DNA of 64,000 nucleotides from positions 5,722,399 to 5,786,398 of the forward strand of contig MU053934.1 of assembly GCA_013239625.1 (NCBI GenBank), written 5' to 3'. The first letter of the stretch is position 1, and every line of letters begins with the position of its first letter. The position numbers and the translations under genes are program-made. Positions 1 to 12,781 of the stretch are shown here, piece after piece. The notes under the pieces were generated by a model. The model worked only from the letters and a program-made list of their open reading frames with translations, ran no database searches and had not been told where the DNA came from. Origin of the DNA: Lama guanicoe. Lineage: Eukaryota.

Positions 1-618
1 GTAAACCAACAATTTAGGATACCAAAAGGTATGTATACATGGAACCAAAAAGGAAAACTGGAAGCATCTATGGGAAACATAAAAATAAGATACATGGCTA
101 TTTTTTGGAAATAATGCTTGACAGTATTTTCCAGATCTTAAATTGGAATTCTCCACATAGTCATAATCACTCCAGCACAAGTTACAACACTGTTTTTAGG
201 TATGTTTTAACTCTCTTCAGTGTCCTCGTTTCCTCTCTAGGAGTGAAACAAAATAATGTATCCACTCAGTATAATGTTCTCTTGGTGCCAGCTATTTCTT
301 CCTGCAGTATCATGTCCACTTTAATGTGAATTTTAGGAACTTAATTGTAGACTTTTCCTCTAATGAGTAGATAACAAGAGGAAAAAAGCATACAAATTAT
401 CTTAAGTGAAGCTTTTGGAACAAGTTATTCAATAGAGAAAAAATTTCTAGTCCTGAAAATCTAACATCTTATGGGCTTTTTCTTCTGTTAAAAAGCAGAA
501 TTTGCAAAACAGTATTCTTAGCTATTAACAACCGTTATTAAATTACAACAGTAACTAATAATAAGCGCTCTCAAAATTTCATATAAATAACAAGAGCAAA
601 AATCTTACAGTAGCTAGC

Positions 619-698
619 AAACTGGGTGGGGGAAAAGGACTGAGAAACTTCAGAGGAAAAAAACTGGGGGGAAAAAGGACTGAAAAACTTCTTAGAGG
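619..698. repeat. Imperfect tandem duplication, unit about 40 bp, in ST13 intron 1
   Basis: aaactggg..gaaaaggactga.aaacttc..agagg occurs twice (619-656 and 661-698). Confidence 0.8.
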
Positions 699-1787
699 CA
701 ACGCTGATAGAGCTGAGCTTAGGTTTCTTGCTTAGAACAAGCTAACTGGAAGAAATATTCTTTCGAATCGTGGGTTCATCTTCCCCTATAAAACATGTTA
801 GTAAAATAAATAGAAAATGTTTAGGGCAATACCTCTTACGGGTCACAGTGCTTTGCACTGTCGACATTTATCACAGCGAGGTGCAATTTGTACGTCTCTT
901 TTAAACTCCTCACCAGTAGTAGTGGTTTAAAATAAACCACCTCGGAGAAATTTTTCCTTTCTCCCTTACGTTTCCCTCCAATACGCAGAATACTAATCTC
1001 TGTTACATGCTAAACATCAAAACGAATTTCCGTATTTATTCACCAGTATCCTAAGTAGATTGTACTTATACTGCTTCCTAGCATCTGGCACAATGCCTGT
1101 GCAGTTAATTCCATGCACGTAGCGAAGTACTCTACAAATAAAAATAACACGAATAGATCGTGTTCAAATACCGGTCCTTGAAAAATCATTTTTCTTAGTG
1201 TTTGGAGTGATGGCACTGCCACTACACAGGTACAGTAAATGGCTCCCAAAATAATTCTACGCAGTTAGAATCGCTGTAAATGCAAAGGTAATCAAACACA
1301 GCCATCATTTTTATTGTAACTTATTAAACAAGCAATCACTATTGCGACACTGTTCAAAGGCACAGTGCGTAAAGGAGCTGCCTCCTGTCATCCCAAGAAA
1401 CCAGAGATCGCAAGAAAAACAACTCTACGCGAAAGTGAAGTCCTGCAGCTCTCACCCCTCCTCCTCCTCACGTCTACAGTGCCCAAGTTCCCGCAACCGT
1501 CTGCATCTTTGTATTTCGCCCAAGACACACCCCTGGCGACCTCAGGGGGCAGGGAACCCAGCGCTGCCTCTGCTTTTCCTGCCTCGGAACTATCTAAGCT
1601 TCCCGAACCTCCATTAGCCCCTCCAAGCCGCCTCCCTTTCCTCGCCAGGGAGCGAGCCACAAAGAGACGGTGACTCCACTGGCCTCGCCGCCGAGCTCCA
1701 GGTTCCTCCGCCCCGAGCCAGCCCGGCCCAGCTCCCCTTCCGGCCGTCCTTCTTCCCACCCCCAACGGTCCTCCGGCCCGGGTCTCA

Positions 1788-1967
<180 letters not shown>

Positions 1968-2118
1968 TCAGCGTGACCGTGTAAAGGGGGCGGCTGCCGC
2001 GAGGCAGAACAGACTAGAACTTCCCCGGCCCCTGGCTCCTCCCACCCAACGGTCTCGTGACGCCGGGTCCTTCGCCGGTTCATTCCTACTCCCTCTATCT
2101 CTGCCCTGCGCACTAGCT

Positions 2119-2133
2119 AGAACCTTCTAGAAG
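2119..2133. promoter_or_regulatory. Perfect three-unit heat shock element (HSF site)
   Basis: aGAAccTTCtaGAAg matches nGAAnnTTCnnGAAn exactly and lies about 220 bp upstream of the ST13 ATG. Confidence 0.8.
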
Positions 2134-2310
2134 TGTGGCTGTTCGTGCTGTTGCCTGCCTCTCCACTCACGCATTCTTATATTAACTCAGAACCAGTGCT
2201 CTCTTAATGGATCAAGCCCCTAGCCGGTGCTTTCAAGGAGGCGGGAGCTGTCCCCTGCAGGGAGTCATATAGAATAGGTCGTTCTCTGAGTGGGGCCATA
2301 AAATGGAACA

Positions 2311-2427
2311 CGACGTCACGACGCCAAAAGGGCCCTCAGGCTGGAGCAGTGGTCGCAGCCGCGGGCGTGACGTCAACACTCTGCGCCGCCACGGGAGGAA
2401 AGCCCCGCAAGCGGCGCCGGCCGGAAG
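2311..2427. promoter_or_regulatory. CRE/ATF and ETS motifs in the bidirectional promoter
   Basis: CGACGTCA at 2311-2318, perfect TGACGTCA at 2368-2375, and ETS core CCGGAAG at 2421-2427. Confidence 0.65.
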
Positions 2428-2529
2428 GGGAGGAGCGCTCGGCTGGGTTTTCTGACGACGCATCCCTGCGGGCGGCAGCTTCTCCGACTGTTTTTCTCTT
2501 TTTCTCCCTGACGCGTGAGCGTGGCAGTC

Positions 2530-2593
2530 ATGCCTTGGTTACTCTCAACAACTAAGCTTCTTCCCGCCGTAGCAAGCGCCCGCAGCCTCTCAG
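2530..2593 (+). CDS. XPNPEP3: XPNPEP3 (Xaa-Pro aminopeptidase 3 / Icp55 homologue) exon 1, mitochondrial presequence
   Basis: MPWLLSTTKLLPAVASARSLS(G), 64 nt, GT donor at 2594. No acidic residues, consistent with a mitochondrial targeting sequence. Confidence 0.93.
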
Positions 2594-5500
2594 GTTAGAC
2601 TCACCTCCCACAGTGTCCCTTCTGAGGCGCACCAGGGGGATCCAAGTTGGTCTCAGGCGATCCCTGGTTCGACGGACCCTTCTGCTGGGGCCTCCACTCC
2701 CAAACCTTCTGTGTGCTCCTCGGATTTCTTCTCTACTGGCTGCTCCTGAAACAGAGTGGGCCCTGTGTTCTCTCTGTCGTTGAGGTATTCTGGGAGGTCG
2801 AAATGACTGCAGAGAGAAAAGTGTGTGCTATCTTCCGAGAGGGGCTGTCTTCAAAATAACTCGGACTCATGGAAGTTGTGTCAGTTTTCACACTTGCTCA
2901 GGTGACAGAGTCTCTCACATCAAGTAGTTCTTGTTTCTGTTAGGTTAACCTAAAATCGTATTTTCGTGTTCTCAAAGACTTCACATGAGAGCTGGCTCCA
3001 GAATGTACAAGAAACACGTTTAGTAATACAAATCTTTTGAGTAGTTCCTCTCAGAAGAGGTAATGTTTGGAAATGCTCCTGAGGCTTTTTCTGTCTGAAA
3101 GCCCTGCTTGTGGAGTAGTCCAGGAGTATGGGGGATCGTTTTTTTAGGGTGAACTCTGTCGCGAGCAGTTAATCTGATGAGTATGAAGCTTGATTAGTGA
3201 ACGCTGAATCATCTACCTTTCAGGCAGATCTGTCAGTGGATCATATGTTAGTTTTTGGGGCCAAGATGTGAACAATGTGTGAACTAGAGCACATTGTATT
3301 TGACATCAAAGCTATGTCTTGGTGTATGTTTCTTTTTTTGTCAGTGTCCTTGAATTTATTGAACATGGAATGGTAATTATATTAAGACTTACTCCTTACT
3401 CTAAAAAATAAAAATAAAAAGTAATCATTGTCCAATGCACAGAACTTGCTCTTTGCTTCTAATAGTTAAGCTGCAGAAAGCTGTCCCTCTGCGTGGGAGT
3501 AGGTGAATAGATGTGCAGTTAGTCAACCTTAATCACAGAGGCCACAACTTATGATTTAGTATTGGAACCATTATTCGCTTGTGACTTTTTTTTTCCCCTG
3601 TATTTGTTGAGGCTTTGTGTAAAACCTGATTAATCAAGGTTTAGGACTAGGTACTGGATTATACACACCAAGATCTTTGAAAAATGTATTCATTGTGCTT
3701 TATTTTGCCTCAATGGAATAAGTAAATTTAACTATACTTCTTAGAGTAACATCATAAATACATATCTAGTCTTTCTGAACGAATGAATGATCTCCTTGGA
3801 TCTTCACAGGTCCAATAAGTTAGAGCAAATACTTTACTGATGGGGAACTGAAACTAACACAGTGTCACAAGTCGCAAGTCAGGAATGTTAGTTGTCTGAT
3901 TGCCACCTAGTCTTTTTCTATTATACTTCTGTTAGGTCTTACTCTGACTTAGTAGAGTCCTTTTGAAACTTTTTATTGAGCCAGAAAGAATGTATCTTCA
4001 CTCAGTAACTTTTGATTTAGTAGGTATTGAGAATGAATCTCCACCTCCTGGGAGTTGCTCATAGTTTAGTCAGATGATAGAGAAACAACAGAGAAATGAG
4101 AATATGACAAAGGATGGTACTAGAAGGTTGACTGAAGTGAGATGGGAGCTCAAGAAAAGCAGTAATGGGTTGTATATATGTTATTCTGGAATTTTACCAA
4201 GTTTTAGAATTTGAAAATTTCACTGTCTTTAGGTGCTCATAAATAGAACTTTGAATGTCTGTGGCTCCTGGTTGCCCTTATTTAGAAATCCTCTAGGTGC
4301 AGAGTACTGAGTACCATAGGTAACTTTCTCTTCTGTGAAAATCATGCATTCCTAAAGTAAAAAGCTTTGACTAGCTAATTAAGAGTATGTTTTCATTCAT
4401 TGAAATACAGTTATTCACACCATCTAGTCATCTGAGGAAAAGCTTAATAAAACAATAATACATAAATTATATTTTAAAAGATGAAATCATTTAAGATAAA
4501 TATAATTGTGAGATGAGGAAACATTAAAAATATTAAAGAATAAGTGGAAAATAATTTTTAAAAGCTTGTTTGCAGTTAATTTACTTAGCGTTGAGCACTA
4601 AGCACACACAATTTCTACCATCATGGGAAATGGACAAAAAAGCAAATTTTTGTAATACAACAGACTTGTGGGGAGAAGGAAAAAGTGACATATACTTTCT
4701 GGGTGCAGAAATGGGCAAGGAGGAAATGTGTGCATGTCTTTAAAGATTAGGAGATATTTGATTTGAGACTTGGAAAAAAAGGCCTTCACCAAGCAAACTA
4801 GAGTAAAAGAGCCATCCTGGCAGAGAGGACATACACAAAGTTGCAGAAGTCTGAAACAGAATGACTGTGCAAGACTTTGCAATCATTAGTAAGCCTGGAG
4901 GAGCTTTTTTGAAATATGTTGCTGGGCATGTTAATAGGTATTACACCAAAAGGGTTCTGTGGTCAAATAAGTATAGGAATAATACATTTCATAATGCTCA
5001 AAATAGACTAATCCTAAGTCTCTAAGAGGGAAATGTATTTGACATTCATATGTAAAACATATTTGACCATGGAGCCCTTGTTTTGTGGTGAGTCTTGAAC
5101 TGATATCCCTTGGAACACATTTTGGAAAACGTTGGGCTCAAGCATGAGATGTGTAAGAAGAGGTGATAGAAAATAAAACTGGGAAGAAAGCTGGTGGCTG
5201 GCTCACAGAGGGCCTTGTATATTATGTTAAGAAACATTGAGCTTTTTCCGCTAGGCAAGAGGAAACAATTGAATAATTTTAAACTATTGAGTAGATTAAA
5301 TCTGAATTTTTAATTACCTGTTAAGAATAGAAATAAAAAATGGGCTGGAAGGCATGGCATTGCATTCTCAAATTTTCAAAGACACTGGTTTTTGCTTTTG
5401 TGTTGAAAAATTGCATTTTTAAAGTCTGATTAGTGCCACAAATGTGATAACAGATAAATTCTACTAAATATCACACTTTATGTAAGTAGCATTTTAAAAT

Positions 5501-5929
5501 ACTCTAAGCTTTTATTTTCTGCAAATAAGCTTTAAATGCTAATTGTCCCCAGTCTCTCTTGTAGAATAAATGACCTTTCCTTCCCACCTACCTACCAGCT
5601 AAAAATCAAAACAAAACAGAAGCTCCCACTTTACTATAGCAGTCATTTAAAAATAGTAGATGTTAGAATTTTTTCTGGTTTCCAAATTTAATGCATTGCT
5701 ATATACCAGTGAACTGTATTTTGCCAAAGGTGATGGGGTTTTCATGCTGTTAAATTATTTGCTCCCATCTATTGGTCACATTAAAATTTACAGTAATTAT
5801 ACTTCTAAGATAAAATATTAAAATAATACGATCAATAAGATCTTTTTGCTTAAAAGAAGAATTCAGTGACAGGGAACATGCAGGATGCAAGTCAATGCAG
5901 GAAATTCTTTTTTGTTGTTGCTTAATAAA

Positions 5930-6735
5930 TTCAGGCATCTCAACTGTAGCATATCCAAAATTTAACAGCTGCAGTTCTATCTCAGATTAATGGTACTTCC
6001 CTTCTTTCAGTTGCTGAGACTCAAAACCCTGGCTATTGTCATACCCAACATCCAATCTGTCAACAAATTTTCTTTGAACCTACCTTTATAATGTATCCAG
6101 AATTTGATCATTCTTTACCACCACCACCTCCACCACTCTGGCCAAGCTACTACAATCTCTCGCCTGGATTATGGCAATAGCCTGATTTCCCTGCTTCTAC
6201 TGCTTTCTTTGAGTCTGTTTTCAATGACGGCAGCCAGAGTAGGCCTGTTTAAATATGTCAGATTATGTCATTCTTCTGCTCAAAGCCTCCAGTGGCTTCC
6301 TGTTTCACATGTTATAACATAGTCCATACTGAAATCTAGCAGCTCTGCATAATCTGATCTCCTGTTACCATTCTTACTTTGTCTACTTGCTCTCATAATT
6401 GGCCACACTGGTCTCCTCCAAACATACCTTACACAGCCTGCCTTAGGGACATTTCACTTGCTAGTCCTGATACTACCTGATACACTCTTTGACCAGATAT
6501 CCACATGACTAACTCCTTCATTTCCTTTAGATCTGTGATCAGATGTAACTAGTACTTTTCCCTATCCTCAGCACCTATGATTAACATTATATTTTACTTA
6601 CTATTTGTTTATTGTCTCTCTCCAGTTTAAGCTGATAGCTAAGATTTTTGCTATTTGGTACCTGGGATATCCCAGGTACCTAAAATACTACTTCACAAAC
6701 AGTAGGTACTCAAAAAATACTGTTGAATGAATGAA
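5930..6735 (+). mobile_element. L2 LINE 3' remnant
   Basis: Typical L2 3' motifs (atctctcgcctggattatggcaatagcct, aaagcctccagtggcttcc) ending in tgttgaatgaatgaa. Confidence 0.75.
6657..6680. repeat. Perfect 24-bp spacerless palindrome
   Basis: ggtacctgggat|atcccaggtacc. Confidence 0.95.
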
Positions 6736-7090
6736 AGAACAAAAATAATAGGCTAAGAAAGCAATATATGTTGAAAATGCAATAATTGCAGGAAACTAAG
6801 AAGTAGTTGTGTTAAAATTAAACTAAGTTCATTTAAGAGAAGCAAATGCATGCAAACGCTGGGTTCAACTTGCTTAACATTGGATGTATCTATAACTTAC
6901 CTATTTTTCTTTCATTATAACCCTAAATTATGATGGCTAAAGGTATTTTAGAGTAATGTATTTGTATATCCTGGGTACATACTCAAAAAGAAAATAGAAA
7001 ACAGAAAATTTCTTATCTGGTGTGATTCATTGATGGCCTACCACACATGATACAACCAAATTGCTCTGAGGAATCCAGGGTAAGTCTGGC

Positions 7091-7562
7091 TTTTTTTTAA
7101 AAAATTGTGGTAAAATACATGTAACGTCAAATTTATCATGTTGATCATATTTAAATAAACAGTTGTGAAAAAGATCTCCAGAACTTTTTCATCTTGCAAA
7201 TTCAAAACTGTATTCATTAACAACTTCCCTCCCCTCCCCTTAGCCCCTGGTAACCACAATTCCACTTTCTGTTTCTATGAATTTGACTTTAGATACCTCA
7301 TTTAAGTAGAATTATGAATTAAATTATTTGTCTTCTTTCTAAGACTTATTTTACTTAGCATAATGTCTCGAAGTTCATCCATGTTGTAACATGTGATAGG
7401 ACTTTCTCCCTTTTTAAGGCTAAATAATATTCCACTGTGTGTATAAACCTATATGTATAAATATTTCATTTATCCATTCATCCATAAATTGACATTTGGA
7501 TTGGCTCCACTTCTCAGCTGCTGTGATAAGTGCTGCTGTGAATATGGTTGTGCAAATATAAG
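7091..7562 (-). mobile_element. Old L1 (L1MB-like) 3' fragment
   Basis: T-run followed by L1 3'UTR motifs (ccctggtaaccacaattccactttctgtttctatgaatttgac). Confidence 0.75.
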
Positions 7563-8039
7563 TCTAGCTATTTTTAACATGAAATACTTTTATGCTTTAA
7601 TTATAGTATCTTTATGTGTGAAATGCTCTTGGGAAAAAGTTGTTTCATGAATAATTATGTAGTCTAAACCTGTGGATCTTAATAACATTTTTAGCTGCTG
7701 TAGTAGTTTTAATTAGATCAAAAGAATGAAGTAAAATAGATCATAGACTCTACTAAAGAAAAATTTTGTGGTATATAAACATTTATCTCAGAAACAAAAA
7801 GTAAAATAATCTTTGCTGTTTTCTAAATTCTTGACATCACTGTCACCACAAACTCATCTTTTTCTAGCATACCTAATCCAAACAGCCACTCATCAGATGT
7901 CTACAATCCTGCTAAAACGTTAAAAATATAATCTTACTGTAGTATTAAACAAGTATTATCTACAAAACTCTAATTAACCAAAACACACAAAGAGTTGTGT
8001 TCAAATGTTATATGAACATAGTGTGTCTAAAGAGTCAGT

Positions 8040-8975
8040 TTAACGATTCCTTTTGGTTGACTTCTTCTTCTGTACCTCTTTATGCTTCTTTTTTTTCCTC
8101 TTACCACCTTCTTTGAATCCTGGTGAGAAAATAGAGGGATTCCAGTTGCTGGTGACCCAAGGTATACCCTGCTCATCATTGTCCACAAAGGTATACTGAG
8201 ATACATGCTTGGGGCTGTAGGACTTTGGTGAATGATTGTTGAATGACTGTCTTCTCCAGCTGCATTCTTCTGCAGAGCTCTCTTCATCTGCCACACCATT
8301 TAAAAGAAAGGATTTCAACTCACCATCATCTTCATCTTCTCTTTCTTGATCATTCTCAAGAATTCTCTTTGTATTAGTATTTCTGTCATTAACAATTTTA
8401 CCTGAGGTTGTAACAGATACGTTTTTGCCCATTTCGCTATCATCAAATGCCAGAGAAGAGAATGAATTAAGGCCCTCTTGGCCCAATGAACCATATGGTG
8501 TATATCCTGTATCATATGAAGAAAATCTCTCAAACACTGGGTATTCACTGGATGCAGAGAAAAAGGATCTTGTACCTCTGTTTCTGCTTCCATAGGAGCT
8601 TCTTGGATTATTTAAAAGTTCCTCAAGTGAGTCTTGAAAGAAATGAAGTGAAAAAGAGTCATTTTCACCAAAAATTTCTTTAAAGATATCATCTGGCTTA
8701 CGGAATGTGAAGCCATACTCAGAAGAATCATCAAAACGACTCCTGCCTCCACCATTTAATCCTTCTTTGCCATATTTATCATAAATGTCCCGTTTTTCAT
8801 CATTTGATAATACCTCATATGCCTCAGCTACTTCTTTGAATTTTCTCTCGGCTTCTTCTTTATTTTCTGGATTTTTATCAGGGTGCCATTTAAGTGCCAC
8901 TTTTCGATAAGCCTTTTTAATGTCCTCAGGTGAAGCATATCTCTGCACTCCTAGAACTTCATAGTAATCCACCAT
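8040..8975 (-). CDS. DNAJB7: DNAJB7, intronless J-domain (Hsp40) co-chaperone, antisense within XPNPEP3 intron 1
   Basis: 311-aa uninterrupted ORF. J domain [10 protein letters not shown]...[11 protein letters not shown] with intact HPD, S/F-rich middle region, DNAJB6-like C-terminal domain, basic tail KRKKKKHK. Strong Kozak context (accATGg). Confidence 0.95.
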   Translation of the reverse strand: MVDYYEVLGVQRYASPEDIKKAYRKVALKWHPDKNPENKEEAERKFKEVAEAYEVLSNDEKRDIYDKYGKEGLNGGGRSRFDDSSEYGFTFRKPDDIFKEIFGENDSFSLHFFQDSLEELLNNPRSSYGSRNRGTRSFFSASSEYPVFERFSSYDTGYTPYGSLGQEGLNSFSSLAFDDSEMGKNVSVTTSGKIVNDRNTNTKRILENDQEREDEDDGELKSFLLNGVADEESSAEECSWRRQSFNNHSPKSYSPKHVSQYTFVDNDEQGIPWVTSNWNPSIFSPGFKEGGKRKKKKHKEVQKKKSTKRNR

Positions 8976-9508
8976 GTTTTAACGATTGGAAAGGGGTAGT
9001 CTGGGTAGTGAGAACCGTGGTTTCCTCTCAGCTCAGGCTCTGCTGGTGGTGGTGGTAGAGGCAGTGACTGCAAATAGGCACATTTTTACATTGAAGACAG
9101 TGTTATTACCATGGGCCACTGCTAGGAGACATTAGGACACTGATTATGTGGCAAGCAGAGTTACAAGCTTATGTCAGAGAGGGTTGCATTATGGTGTCAT
9201 TCTGGGGTTAGGATAGGGACCAGACCTTCCAAATGGAGCTAGTCCAGAGTCATACCAGACCATCCTTAACCCTCTGGACTACTTCCCCCATATTTTCCTG
9301 GAAGCCTCGGACAGTGCCTCATAAACCAGTGGGACCGGTTGTTGATGGCCGTAGCATTCCCCTTGTGTAATCTGACCTCTGGATTACTGAACCTTAATAT
9401 CTTTCTTCTCAGTTCTTCCATGTTTTGGTTTGGAAAAAATGAAAAATTCATGAAGTAGGTGAAAAGGTTTTCAAGCAGTTGACATTTATTTCAACCTTAG
9501 TAGGTCAT

Positions 9509-9917
9509 TGTATTAGTTTCCTGAGGCTACCGTAATAAATTACCACAAACTTGGTGGCTTAAAACAACAGAAATGTATTGTCTCGGTTCAGGAGGCCAGA
9601 AGTTCAAAATTGTGTGTCAGCAGAGCTGCACTCCTTCCAAAGTCTCCAAGAGAGAACCCGTTCTTTACATCTTCCAGCTTCTACTTTTTGTCTCTGTCTT
9701 CATTCCTTCCTCCTCTTCTGTCTCAAATCTCCCTCTGTATTTCTCTTAGGACACATGTCATTGGATTTAGGACCAACCCAGATAATCCAGGGTGATTTTA
9801 TCTCAAGTTCCTTAATTACACCTGCAAAAACCCCTTTTCCAAATAAACTAACAGTCCTGGGTTCTGGAGATTAGGACATGAACATATCTTTTTAAGGCCA
9901 CCGTTCAAGACACTGCA
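9509..9917 (-). mobile_element. MaLR MLT1-type solo LTR
   Basis: Begins tgtattagtttcctgaggctaccgtaataaattaccacaaacttggtggcttaaaacaacagaaat, the reverse complement of the MLT1 3' end. About 410 bp with TG...CA termini. Confidence 0.85.
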
Positions 9918-10335
9918 ATAATATTTTAGTGCACTGAGACAAACTTTGAAATAGAGCGGCAAAAATAATAGTCATAGAATAGTATTAGTGAAATTTCTAT
10001 ATGCATCTATATGCATTATATATATATACATACATATATATATAGATAATGGTCTGTGTATACTATGTTATTGTGTAAAATATAATTCTTACTGTGGGTC
10101 TTGGTTTTAAAAACTTGAAAGCCGCTACCTAATATACTGGCTTTAACTCACGGGTGAAGAAACAAGTGCAGAGGAATTATGCCAAGATCACACAGATAGT
10201 AGAATTAAACTAGAACTAGCGGGTTTTTTTGCTATACCATGCTGCCTTTAACTGTCTTAGATCGCCTTCCAGAGTGCATACTTAGTTCCTTCATTTTTCT
10301 CTATGTTCACCTCATCTCTTTTTCTGTTTCTTTCT

Positions 10336-11120
10336 TTTTATTATGGAAACATTTAAATATATACACAAGGAGACAGAGAAGTATAATAAACTCCAATGTA
10401 CCCATCACCCAGACTCAATAATTATCAACTCATGGCCAGTTTTGTTTCATCCAAATCCCCATTCATCTCCCCAATCCACTTCATCCCTATATTTTGAGAC
10501 AAATCTGAGATCATATCACTTCATCTGTAAATATTTCAATTTATATCTCTAAAGGATAAGTTTCTTCTTTTTTAACGTAACTGCAACACCATTATCACAC
10601 CTTAAAAAGATAAATATTATTTCCATAATATCGTCAAATATACAATCACTGTCCAAATTTCCAATGATCTCATAAATGTAATAAATAGTGTGAATGGGTA
10701 TTTGCTTTACAGTTTGTTGCTTGAGTCAGGATCTATATAAGGTCCACATATTACAATTGATTGATAATGTCTTTTAAGGTTTTCTTAATCTACAGATTCC
10801 CTCTTCCATCTCTTACCACCCCTACCTGCCTTGGAATTTATGTGAAAGAAACTGTGTTTGTCCTGTAGTGTCTCCCACAGTCTGGGCTTCTTTTTTTTTT
10901 TTTTTTTTTTTTTAATTTTAACTTTTTTTGAAGGGGGTGGGTAATTAGGTTTTTATTTGTATATCTTAATGGAGGTTCTCGGGATTGAACCCAGGATCTC
11001 GTGTATGGTAAGCACACACTCTACCCCTGAGCTATACCGTGCCCCCTACAGTCTGGACTGTGTTGATTTGCATTCTTATGGTGTCACTTAGTATGTTCCT
11101 CTGTATTTTTTGTAAATTGC
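10336..11120 (-). mobile_element. Old L1 (L1MC-like) 3' fragment interrupted by a SINE
   Basis: L1MC-type 3' motifs (gtataataaactccaatgtacccatcacccag). Confidence 0.65.
10886..11046 (-). mobile_element. tRNA-Ala-derived SINE (vic-1-like)
   Basis: tRNA-like head with A and B boxes, long poly(A) tail (T-run on plus), TSD acagtctgg at 10877-10885 and 11048-11056. Confidence 0.88.
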
Positions 11121-11567
11121 CTCATCTTTGTTAAACTTTCAATGTGTATAGACTGGGAATATTCCTTAATATGCCTGTACAATTTTTTCTTTTTTTAATT
11201 CTGTACATTTTCTAAGATAGATTCCAGGAAATACTTGTTTACTATTTTTCCTTTTTCTCAATTTCCACTGTTCTTACCTGTATTTTCATATTGCCTGAAA
11301 ACCTGTACCATTTTCTCTGTCTTTTTAATTATTCAAGAAGTTCTCAATAATCCTCTGTGAATGTAAATTTAATTCACAGTTAACATTTAAGACTTCTTAA
11401 CTCTTCAGATAACACACACCGTCATTCATACATCATAATCCCCATGGAAACCTTTAACTTGATCCAGACTTAACCACGTTCGGCTGTTGCAGTGATTGTA
11501 TGTTCACAAGGAGATTGTTTAGTACTAATTGTGTTGTTGGGATTCAGCAGAGAAGATCTATTGAGCA

Positions 11568-12260
11568 GCAGGGTGGAGGGATAAGAGCAAAGATTTTGAA
11601 GTTAAACAAACCTGGGTTTGAATCCCAGCTTCCCCATACTGACTGTGTAGCATTGCACAAATTACTTCTCTGAGTCTGATTCCTTGTTTGTACCAAAAAA
11701 GAAGTGATGAAATGCCTCCCTCACATGACATTCCTTAATTTGGCAGACAAAGCCTTCAGTGGTCTGAGCCTTACTTGCTGACCTCTTCATCTCCCTCCAG
11801 CAGCAACACTGACCTGAAACTCTCCTTCTCTTACCCCTGCACGGACGCACGTGCACACATCAACGCGGTGCCTTCCATGCCTTCTCTTTCATGATCTTAT
11901 TCGTGATACCTTCCCCTCCTCTTGTCGCTTTCACTTGACTAATTCCCATTCAGAATAGGTATCACCTACTTCTGCAGTCTCACACAAATGCCTCACGTGT
12001 GCTTCTCTGTTCCCCAGAGTACTGTGTGCCTGTTTGTTATTGTACCCATCCCACAGACTTTTATTAGTCTTTGCACTCTCAAAACCCTTGTGTATGAATC
12101 CACCACTGCGTTTACCATGTAGTATTGTAATGCTTTGTTTGTCTCACCTCCACAAGGCTATATATTCTTTGAAGGCCACAGCAGATAGTCTAGTCTTATT
12201 CTTGTGTCTTTTCCAGCATGTATTCCAATCACATGCTTAATAAAGCTTGTTGAATGAATG
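11568..12260 (+). mobile_element. MIR followed by L2 remnant
   Basis: MIR core acctgggtttgaatcccagct near 11610; L2-type end taataaagcttgttgaatgaatg at about 12240-12260. Confidence 0.6.
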
Positions 12261-12781
12261 CTAATAATATTGCTTGCTGGGGGCTAACTGTGATTAAGCA
12301 TTTTTCATACATTATTTTATCTAGCTCTAACATTCCACGATTGAATGAGATAGTGTGTGCATATTTTCTCAAGCTTCACATATTCTCAAAAAAAAGGTTA
12401 ATTCTCTTTTTCTGAATGTTAGGACACAGTGTAACACTACCTCTGTGAAATACTTCCCAACCCCTCCCCTGCTTTTGTTTGTTGCCTTTCTTCATTTCCA
12501 TCGCTCCTCATTTATACGTTAATCATAGTGTATGTATATATACCTCTATTATATTGTAGTAGACTAAAGTCACTAAAGGTAAAGATGATCTTATTTCTGT
12601 ATTCCTAGAGCAGAAAAGAACCCAGGCTCTGGCTGGCACTGAGGAAGCGCCATGTAAATACTGAAGGAGATACTAATTTGCATTTTTCTAAAGCATCCTG
12701 CCGGAGATAGATAAATGTGTGTATACTGTGAGGGCTTTCTAGATACATTGTTCCATTTCATTCTGATTTTTTTCTCTTCAG

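Noticed and set aside
8027..8683. Alternative-frame and antisense ORFs overlapping DNAJB7
   Set aside because: Shadows of the DNAJB7 coding sequence with no independent support.
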